A stretch of DNA of 20,642 nt, from positions 1 to 20,642 of the forward strand of contig JAWOHE010000067.1 of assembly GCA_046485285.1 (NCBI GenBank). The letters are read 5' to 3'. Below, piece by piece: positions 1-5,603 of the stretch (positions are counted from its first letter, which is position 1; every line of letters begins with the position of its first letter). Both the position numbers and the translations under genes were made by a program. The stretch comes from a bacterium. GTDB lineage: Bacteria; Hydrothermota; Tepidihabitantia; Tepidihabitantales; Tepidihabitantaceae. A model generated the notes under the pieces. It saw nothing but the letters and a program-made list of their open reading frames with translations. It made no database searches and had not been told where the DNA came from.

Positions 1-264
1 CCGGCGGGTTCCGTCCACACGCTCCGCGTGCAGTATCCGTTGGGTGTCCCGGACTCGCAGCTCGGCGGCGCATACCTGCCACGGCTGGACTGGGCTTCGG
101 GCCCCCGATTGACCTTCGCGTTCGGTCTCTCCGTTTTGAGGCCCGAAAAGGGGGCTGGCGAGCGGCTCCTGCCCGACCAGCCCTGGGAGGGACTTGGCCC
201 GAGGGTGCTGACAGGCTTCGCCCCCTCACCTCCTGCCCCTCTCCCATTGGGAGAGGGAGGGTGA
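1..264 (+). CDS. 3' end of a CDS truncated by the window edge; possibly an outer-membrane protein; last ~13 codons are encoded by a REP-like hairpin
   Basis: Frame 1 is open from base 1 to TGA at 262-264. It has amphipathic beta-strand-like segments (RLTFAFGLSVL, PRVLTGFA). The terminal PSPPAPLPLGEGG is the translation of the 223-267 hairpin. Confidence 0.45.
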   Translation, partial: PAGSVHTLRVQYPLGVPDSQLGGAYLPRLDWASGPRLTFAFGLSVLRPEKGAGERLLPDQPWEGLGPRVLTGFAPSPPAPLPLGEGG

Positions 265-267
265 GGG
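223..267. repeat. REP-like palindromic element (CCCTCACC...CCCTCTCCCA-T-TGGGAGAGGG...GGTGAGGG)
   Basis: CCCTCTCCCA 237-246 pairs with TGGGAGAGGG 248-257, and CCCTCACC 223-230 pairs with GGTGAGGG 260-267. It resembles the widespread CCCTCTCCC/GGGAGAGGG REP-type family (from memory). It lies between convergent genes, so it may also terminate transcription. Confidence 0.7.
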
Positions 268-424
268 CCGGAGGTGTGGTCCGCCGGGGCGGCTTCAGCG
301 GCGCCGGCACCGGTCGGTCCCTAAGGGCTGCCTGTAGTAGCGGGCGGGGAGGCAACGCCCCGCCAGAGGGTTCGCGGGGGGCACAATCAACATATGACCC
401 GCGCCCTTCCGAGACGGGTCGGAC

Positions 425-1762
425 TCACTCGGGCGGGCGCTGGTCCTCTGGTAGTGGGACCCCGAGTGGGCGGTGAAAGTCCCGGGCCAGTTTTTCCAGG
501 ACCGGCCGCAGCTTGTCATCGGGGGGCATGTCCTCCATGGCCCTCCCAGCGGCGTCGGCGACTACGTTGGAACTGGTCGCATGCGCCACATCATGGAGCC
601 CACTTAGCGCAGGCGTCGGGTCGAGGTTCTTGAACTGCAACTGCGCGGCCAGTTTCCAGGGCCCTATGCACCACGCCCGATGTACACCGGCGGCGCCGAC
701 CTGCCACGGGCGGTGGCCGACCATCATGGAGTGTTCTTTGGCGAGTTTGGCGAACTCATCTTTGCCCGCCTCCACGAACTCCCGAGCCAATGCGAGAAAG
801 ACGGTAACCACATTCCTAGCCTGGTCAGGCAGGTCCTTTGTGACGGCCGAGCGTCCCGCGTCCCGCAAGGGCCTGTGCAGCTTGGGGATGCCCAAGAAGT
901 AGCGCGCGCGCGCGAGCGACTTTCCGACTTCCAGCACTGCATCCAGCAGTTGCTTCGTGGCGTAGGGATCAGCACTCAGTGAGGAGGATAGCCGGCACAT
1001 GGATTCGAGGTAGTCCTCGACTTTCGGATGGGAGCTTGCCTCCACCGCTTTGGCCGTCGCATCAGCAAGTCCGCTGAGACACAACCGGGTGAAGACATAC
1101 GCACCAGACTTGAAGGCGCTGACCACTGTTCCTTCGAGGTCTTGGAGCGCGGTCTCTGCTTCGGGCTCTATCATACCACTATCCGGTCGAGGCACCAGAC
1201 TGCGCGCTGCGGCGATGGGATGAACCTGACTGGTGCGGTGAAGCGCGTAGGGCAACACCAGCAGCCAGCAGGCCGCCCCCAGCTCCAGGGACCACACGCA
1301 GAGCTCCGCTCGTAGTCTGGTGTCGGGAACCCCAAGGGAGCCCAGCGGCAGGACTATCGAGACGATGAATAGACTCATGAGCACGATGGTCCATGCATCA
1401 CGAAAGAAGAACCGAACTGGATCCAGTCCGTACTTGGCACCCGCTTGGCTGACGATCGCCGAGACCGTGAAAGTCAGAACGAACCCGCCTGCCACAGCCT
1501 GCGCGGTGGCACTCAGCAGGTAGCGTGCGTCTTCGGCACGGAATACCAGGCTCCTGGAGAAGGCCAGGATCATGCCATTGAGCACAACCAGGACCGCAAT
1601 GAGGACGTACTCTGGAGTCCGTGACGGAGTTGACAGCGCATTGAGCTTCTTGGTCACATCACGCATGGACTTCCGCAAGCTCCGGAGCCACCTGTCTCTG
1701 AGTTTGTCCGCCCGCCTCTCAGCCGACCGGTCTGCATTCCGTCCTGGAGAACGCCTCTTCAT
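425..1762 (-). CDS. Membrane protein, DUF2254-like N-terminal TM region with a helical soluble C-terminal domain
   Basis: 445-aa ORF with ~4 hydrophobic segments in residues ~50-175. 'LLSATAQAVAGGFVLTFTVSAIVSQAGAKYG..VRFFFRD' fits the DUF2254-type pattern. GC is lower than in the core genes. The start codon is uncertain. Confidence 0.65.
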   Translation of the reverse strand: MKRRSPGRNADRSAERRADKLRDRWLRSLRKSMRDVTKKLNALSTPSRTPEYVLIAVLVVLNGMILAFSRSLVFRAEDARYLLSATAQAVAGGFVLTFTVSAIVSQAGAKYGLDPVRFFFRDAWTIVLMSLFIVSIVLPLGSLGVPDTRLRAELCVWSLELGAACWLLVLPYALHRTSQVHPIAAARSLVPRPDSGMIEPEAETALQDLEGTVVSAFKSGAYVFTRLCLSGLADATAKAVEASSHPKVEDYLESMCRLSSSLSADPYATKQLLDAVLEVGKSLARARYFLGIPKLHRPLRDAGRSAVTKDLPDQARNVVTVFLALAREFVEAGKDEFAKLAKEHSMMVGHRPWQVGAAGVHRAWCIGPWKLAAQLQFKNLDPTPALSGLHDVAHATSSNVVADAAGRAMEDMPPDDKLRPVLEKLARDFHRPLGVPLPEDQRPPE

Positions 1763-1828
1763 GATAGTCGAAGGAGGTACCGAACCCTGGTACCGTCAAC
1801 CGGCGGGGGACACCCAATTCGCGCCGCG

Positions 1829-2560
1829 TTAGTCCGCGATGATATGGTACCTGTAGCTCCTCATTCTACGGTCTGCGGGAGTCATGATGCTGAAGGACTT
1901 CGCGGCGCCAGGACGGAGTCCTTCGCTACTGACTGCGAAGGTGTAGTCTGTGTCAAGGATAGCGCCGTCCTTGTCCAACCACTCGACGTTGACCTTCACG
2001 AAGGTTGCCTCGTCCGTCCCCATATTGCGGACCTTGCCCTTGCAGTACATGTAGTCACCGTCAATGTAGCCCTCAACGTCCTCGAATTCGATACGGGACA
2101 GGCGTTCAATCTTGTCGGTCTTGACCTTGGAGACGCTATCTCCAAACTTAGCGCAGGTGTAGCCTATGGTGAGCAGCGGCAAGAGAACGCAAGCCAACAG
2201 CAACACGATGCCTCGTCCGGTCCTGCCCTGCACGATTCCTATGATGCTAAGCACAAAGCCTGCAAGGTAGAGCGGCATGGCAACGATGACCAACCCTGCA
2301 TTCGCTAGGCTGAGGACGAACCCAACTACCGCGCAGACTTCTCCGGCAACGACTACCCCTCTGCCCTTCCGGGATCTCTGCGGCTGAACTGCGGGCGGCG
2401 TTACTGGGGTGTTCGGGACATCTGCCTGTTGACCCGAATCGCCTTCAAATTGGCGCCCGCACTTGCTGCAGAACTGGGCGCCAGAGGTCGTCTCAGCGTT
2501 GCAGTGATAACAACGGTATGTACCGTCCGGCGACTTCCTTCTGTGTGTGGCGCCTGGCAA
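1829..2560 (-). CDS. Zinc-ribbon / transmembrane / FxLYD-like domain protein
   Basis: TTG start with AGGAG 5 nt upstream and an in-frame TGA just before it. CxxC-x10-CxxC (CYHC...FCSKCG), then 3 TM helices, then a C-terminal 'GKVRNMG...VKVNVEWLDKDGAILDTD...LRPGAAKSFSI' typical of FxLYD-type Ig-like domains. Confidence 0.8.
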   Translation of the reverse strand: MPGATHRRKSPDGTYRCYHCNAETTSGAQFCSKCGRQFEGDSGQQADVPNTPVTPPAVQPQRSRKGRGVVVAGEVCAVVGFVLSLANAGLVIVAMPLYLAGFVLSIIGIVQGRTGRGIVLLLACVLLPLLTIGYTCAKFGDSVSKVKTDKIERLSRIEFEDVEGYIDGDYMYCKGKVRNMGTDEATFVKVNVEWLDKDGAILDTDYTFAVSSEGLRPGAAKSFSIMTPADRRMRSYRYHIIAD

Positions 2561-2596
2561 GTCGCTCTCCTGTCATCCGCCAATGGGGATTCCGGG

Positions 2597-2626
2597 AGCA
2601 TAATGCATAACTCCCCGTTCTGTCAA
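2597..2626 (-). promoter_or_regulatory. Candidate sigma70 promoter for the 1829-2560 gene (proximal)
   Basis: TTGACA (2626-2621), an 18-nt spacer, then TATGCT (2602-2597). Confidence 0.5.
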
Positions 2627-2657
2627 CCCCGGCCCGGGCATCGTGTCCATACCGGTC

Positions 2658-2686
2658 ATTGTGTCGCGGAAGAAGGGAGATGTCAA
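2658..2686 (-). promoter_or_regulatory. Candidate sigma70 promoter (distal, tandem)
   Basis: TTGACA (2686-2681), a 17-nt spacer, then CACAAT (2663-2658). Confidence 0.55.
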
Positions 2687-2705
2687 GGGAAAATTGCGGG
2701 GCAGG

Positions 2706-2751
2706 GCGGAGGGCGGAATTCGACACGAAGGCAGATGGGGAAGGGGGAGCG
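2706..2751 (+). repeat. Direct repeat copy 1 (46 bp, contains GACACGAAGG)
   Basis: GCGGAGGGCGGAATTCGACACGAAGGCAGATGGGGAAGGGGGAGCG. It matches 3244-3291 with 2 substitutions and a 2-nt difference in the G-run. Confidence 0.9.
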
Positions 2752-2856
2752 CTGAACTCCGAACCAGGAGCCTTGAACGTTGTACCTTGAACTACCGCCC
2801 GCACGGGCCGGAAAGGGATTTCTCCACGGTGGTCGGGTGAAGGAACTGGCGGCGGG

Positions 2857-2922
2857 TCAGGTCTTGGCTGACGTCCGGTCATCGAACGGGAAGCTGATGA
2901 GGACGAACCTACCGCGGGTCAT
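2857..2922 (-). pseudogene. PemK/MazF-family toxin remnant (21 codons, then premature TGA)
   Basis: MTRGRFVLISFPFDDRTSAKT*PAA matches the PemK/MazF N-terminus (G-x-hydrophobic-FPF...KxRPA), with TGA in place of Arg. The ATG overlaps the upstream antitoxin ORF by 14 nt. No recognisable toxin sequence follows PAA. Confidence 0.75.
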
Positions 2923-3154
2923 CGAAGGGCTTGCCGTCGGAGACCGTGTAGATGTCCTCGGCCGGGTCGGTGAGGAAGTCGAAGGCCGGGTTTGCGGCCG
3001 CCTGCCTGAGCCACTCCTGGTCGTCCGGCTCGGCGTCATCGGGCACGAGGATGATGACACGGACCCGGGTCTGGTCCTGGATGGGGACCGAGTCCAGCAG
3101 GGTCAGCCGGCGCTCGTTCTCGACTATCGCGGTGGTCTCTATGGCTTTGGTCAT
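2909..3154 (-). CDS. Putative type II antitoxin (AbrB/AF2212-like N-terminus, acidic FDFL..EDIY tail)
   Basis: 81-aa acidic protein with a beta-rich N-terminus (…RVRVIILVP). The C-terminal 'EWLRQAAANPAFDFLTDPAEDIY' is of the type found upstream of PemK/MazF toxins (from memory). It overlaps the toxin stub. Confidence 0.75.
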   Translation of the reverse strand: MTKAIETTAIVENERRLTLLDSVPIQDQTRVRVIILVPDDAEPDDQEWLRQAAANPAFDFLTDPAEDIYTVSDGKPFDDPR

Positions 3155-3172
3155 ATCCTGCTTCGTCAGGAC

Positions 3173-3200
3173 AGGCTAGCCGGGACAGGGAGAATGTCAA
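3173..3200 (-). promoter_or_regulatory. Candidate sigma70 promoter of the TA module
   Basis: TTGACA (3200-3195), a 16-nt spacer, then TAGCCT (3178-3173), 18 nt upstream of the ATG at 3154. Confidence 0.55.
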
Positions 3201-3243
3201 GCGAAGAGGAAGCGGCGGGACTGCAGGTGTCGGGTTGCAGTGC

Positions 3244-3291
3244 GCGGAGGGCGGAATCGGACACGAAGGCAGATGGGGAAGGGGGGGAGCG
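3244..3291 (+). repeat. Direct repeat copy 2 (48 bp, contains GACACGAAGG)
   Basis: GCGGAGGGCGGAATCGGACACGAAGGCAGATGGGGAAGGGGGGGAGCG, 538 bp after copy 1. Confidence 0.9.
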
Positions 3292-3386
3292 AAGGTCGAA
3301 GGCAGTCCATAGTACCCGCTCCGGGAAACGCCGGCCACGCGGCACATCAGTCTCACGGGTAGCTTCCCGGCCTGGCTCGCAATCAC
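3292..3386 (-). pseudogene. IS3 orfB N-terminal fragment
   Basis: (RKFR)VIASQAGKLPVRLMCRVAGVSRSGYY is the classic IS3 orfB start. The GTG overlaps the orfA stop (GTGA). The downstream translation is unrelated low-complexity sequence. Confidence 0.8.
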
Positions 3387-3700
3387 TCGGAACTTCCGTG
3401 CGCTTCCCGCGCCAGCCAGACCGCCGCTCGCTTTAGGAACTCGTTCTCCTGCTTCAGCCGCAGATTCTCCCGCCGCAGCTGCCGGACCTCCTCCGCATCA
3501 GGCTTCAGCTTGCCCTTGCCCGGGAACGCCTGCTTCGGGTCGGCCCAGAACTGCTGCCGCCACTTGTGCAGGGTGTTCTCGTTCACCCCCAACTCCCGGG
3601 CCACCTGGACGACCGTCACGTCGCCCGCGGTCGTCAGTCGGACTGCGTTGAGCTTGAACTCACGCGTGTAGGTCTTCCGAGGCTCTCGCGCTTCTGTCAC
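3383..3700 (-). CDS. IS3-family transposase OrfA (HTH_Tnp_1-like)
   Basis: RKTYTREFKLNAVRL...VVQVARELGVNENTLHKWRQQ HTH, followed by the leucine-zipper-like EEVRQLRRENLRLKQENEFLKRAA. GGAGGT RBS precedes the GTG. Confidence 0.93.
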   Translation of the reverse strand: MTEAREPRKTYTREFKLNAVRLTTAGDVTVVQVARELGVNENTLHKWRQQFWADPKQAFPGKGKLKPDAEEVRQLRRENLRLKQENEFLKRAAVWLAREAHGSSE

Positions 3701-3826
3701 TGATTACCTCCGGTCTGATGCTACACCCGCCTTTCAAGGTGTCTACCACACCGGGGGTACTCCAATGATGGTGTGGCGAAGTGAAGATGATTGGAGGACC
3801 GCGGTCGGCACGGCGGGTGTACTGGA

Positions 3827-3849
3827 CTGCCCTGAGCGCAGTCGAAGGG
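3827..3849 (+). repeat. Solitary REP-like motif CTGCCCTGAGCGCAGTCGAAGGG
   Basis: Resembles the 'CCTGAGCnnnGTCGAAGG' short repeat family recalled from FCB/Chloroflexi genomes. Only one copy is in the window. Confidence 0.35.
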
Positions 3850-3918
3850 GTCGAGATGACGGCCGGAGGCGTGGGCTTGAGGGCTTTCTGTCTTCGGATA
3901 GACTGTTGCGAGTTGCGA

Positions 3919-4623
3919 ATGCCGAGCCTTGGACTACGAGCCGCGATGTTGCTGGCGGTCGCGACCGCGGCCGGGACGGCGGTGGAGTGGGAATTCGGGT
4001 TCGGCCTGCGCCACGAGGCCGGGGTCGAGACGCGACTGCCGCTGTCGGCGCTCGCCGCGCTCGAACCCCTGCCGAGCCTCCGCCTGCGGGGCGGGCTGGC
4101 CGCGAACCTCGCCCGGCCGGGCCTGCCGGACCGGTACGCCCTCGAGGCCCGTTGGTCGTTCGCACCGTGGGCCGGCGTCGCGGCCGGGGCGGTGCTTCGG
4201 CGCTGGCCGGCCTGGCGCGCGGGCGAGAACCTCGCGTTCGCGTCCGCGACCGGCCGACCCCTTGACGTGCTCGAGCTCGAGGCCGGCATCTGCCGGCGGG
4301 TGCCGCTGCTCGATTCCGCGCAATGGCGCTCGCCGCTTGTCTGGAATTCGTCGCTGGCCGAGTGGAATGTCGTCTATGGCGTCGGCTGGCGGTTCGTAAA
4401 CCGGCCGGAGCTGGCGCTGGCGGTGCGGACCGGCAACCGGGCGGCGCTGGCCGTGCGCACGCCCGGCCTGCCCGGCCTGCGCGTGGAGGGCGAGCGGACG
4501 CTGGGCCGAGGCTGGCGGGCGCTGGCCGCGGCCGGGGCAGAGGTGAAGGGGTTGTCGTCGGCCCTGCTCGAACTCGGCGCGGTCGAGCTGGAGGTCGGGG
4601 TGCGGCGTGGAGCGGGGAGATGA
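3919..4623 (+). CDS. Hypothetical exported protein, probable outer-membrane beta-barrel
   Basis: ATG 3919 gives a signal-peptide-like N-terminus (MPSLGLRAAMLLAVATAAGTA). It has alternating hydrophobic strands with aromatic residues (WEFGFGL, YALEARWSF, VVYGVGWRF, VELEVGVR). Its stop overlaps the next ATG (ATGA). Confidence 0.7.
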   Translation: MPSLGLRAAMLLAVATAAGTAVEWEFGFGLRHEAGVETRLPLSALAALEPLPSLRLRGGLAANLARPGLPDRYALEARWSFAPWAGVAAGAVLRRWPAWRAGENLAFASATGRPLDVLELEAGICRRVPLLDSAQWRSPLVWNSSLAEWNVVYGVGWRFVNRPELALAVRTGNRAALAVRTPGLPGLRVEGERTLGRGWRALAAAGAEVKGLSSALLELGAVELEVGVRRGAGR

Positions 4624-5603
4624 GTCGCGCGGGGAGGATTTCGACACGAAGGCACGAAGAAGTGACGTGCGTGAAGACAAGGGCGCGGACCGGAGGCAGA
4701 GACACGAAGGGACGAGCAGGGAAGGGTGAGGAGGGTAGGAGTGATGGGAAAGGGATTTCGACACGAAGGCGCAGAGGGCTTGGGGTTTTGCTCGCGGCTC
4801 TGTGCCTGGTCCTGCTCGCTGCCGGGTGTGACTGGTCGCTGCGCCAGGCGCTGTTCCATCCCTTGACCGAGCAGAGAGTGAAGGAGAGCCTGGCGATGCC
4901 CGCGCCCGAGCCGCCGCCGGTGGGGCCGGGCGGCTTCCGGTTCGCGGTGTTCGGCGACCCGCAGATTGACAAGTTCGGGACGAACCGGCTGACCCGGTTC
5001 CGTCCCGAGGTCGCGGCCCAGGGCATCGATTTCGTGCTGGTGCTGGGCGACCTGACCCACGACGCGACCGAGGACCAGGTGACTTTGGTCCGGGCCCTGC
5101 TCGACAGCCTGGGCGTGCCGTACTACGCGACGGCGGGCAACCACGACCTGTACCAGCGGGGTTCCTGGGAGCGGTGGAAGGAGCTGTTCGGCGCGGGCTG
5201 CAAGTCGTTCGCCGCCGGGGAGCGGGTCCGCGTCATCCTGTTCGACACCGCGTCGGGCGTCATCGGGCCGACCCAGTTCGAGTGGCTGGAGGCGGAGCTG
5301 GCCCGGCCCGGCATCAAGGTCGTCGGCACCCACTACCCGCTCTACGATGGGCCGGCGCCGGCCCTCTACCGGCTGGCGAGCGAGGCGGAGCGGTACCGGC
5401 TGTCGGCACTCCTGCGCGACGTCGGGGCCTGGGGCCTGTTTTCCGGCCACATCCACGCCTTCCGGGCGAGCGAGGCGGCCGGGGTGCGCCACATCACCTG
5501 TGGCGCGATGGCGCCGGACCCGCTCGACTACGGCGAGCCCGGCTACGTGCTGGTTACGTTCGCGGGCGACAGCCTGGCCTGGGAGTTCGTCCGGCTCGAC
5601 TAG
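4620..5603 (+). CDS. Calcineurin-like metallophosphoesterase, probable lipoprotein
   Basis: Motifs FGDPQ, LGDLTHD, AGNHD, THYP and FSGHIH, and lipobox LAAGC. The start is taken as the ATG coupled to the upstream stop; the exact start is uncertain. Confidence 0.88.
   Translation: MSRAGRISTRRHEEVTCVKTRARTGGRDTKGRAGKGEEGRSDGKGISTRRRRGLGVLLAALCLVLLAAGCDWSLRQALFHPLTEQRVKESLAMPAPEPPPVGPGGFRFAVFGDPQIDKFGTNRLTRFRPEVAAQGIDFVLVLGDLTHDATEDQVTLVRALLDSLGVPYYATAGNHDLYQRGSWERWKELFGAGCKSFAAGERVRVILFDTASGVIGPTQFEWLEAELARPGIKVVGTHYPLYDGPAPALYRLASEAERYRLSALLRDVGAWGLFSGHIHAFRASEAAGVRHITCGAMAPDPLDYGEPGYVLVTFAGDSLAWEFVRLD
4636..4770 (+). repeat. Three-copy GACACGAAGG mini-array within the 5' end of the metallophosphoesterase gene
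   Basis: GACACGAAGG starts at 4643, 4701 and 4760. An 18-nt perfect direct repeat GGATTTCGACACGAAGGC lies at 4636-4653 and 4753-4770. Confidence 0.85.

Larger units (their letters stand above)
3292..3764 (-). mobile_element. Truncated IS3-family insertion sequence (left end, orfA, first ~27 codons of orfB)
   Basis: Probable IRL 5'-TGGAGTACCCCCGGTGTGGTAGACACC (3764-3738) begins with TG. orfA is intact. orfB homology stops near 3292-3305. No DDE domain or IRR is seen. Confidence 0.85.

Noticed and set aside
268..424. Structured ncRNA or tRNA in the intergenic gap
   Set aside because: Only short GC stems are present (e.g. GGCGGGG/CCCCGCC), with no cloverleaf, T-loop or recognisable family motif.
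1794..1834. Integron attC site (GACTAAC...GTTGACG on the minus strand after the stop codon)
   Set aside because: It is only ~41 nt, the R boxes deviate from RYYYAAC/GTTRRRY, inner pairing is weak, there is no second such site, and there is no intI.
2857..2859. TGA recoding (selenocysteine or alternative code) in the toxin
   Set aside because: The position is a conserved Arg, homology is lost a few codons later, and TGA is a normal stop for murA, IS3 orfA and others.
3036..3386. 116-aa ORF as a functional gene
   Set aside because: It is a chimera of the IS3 orfB start and read-through across the repeat, the promoter and an alternative frame of the antitoxin.
3301..3831. 9-bp inverted repeat (GGCAGTCCA / TGGACTGCC) around the IS remnant
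   Set aside because: It is too short, does not coincide with the TG-initiated IS end at 3764, and has no target duplication. It is probably chance.
4636..4777. CRISPR array (58/59-nt periodic repeats)
   Set aside because: Only a 10-nt core is shared by all three copies, it is not palindromic, it lies in an open reading frame, and no cas genes are in the window.
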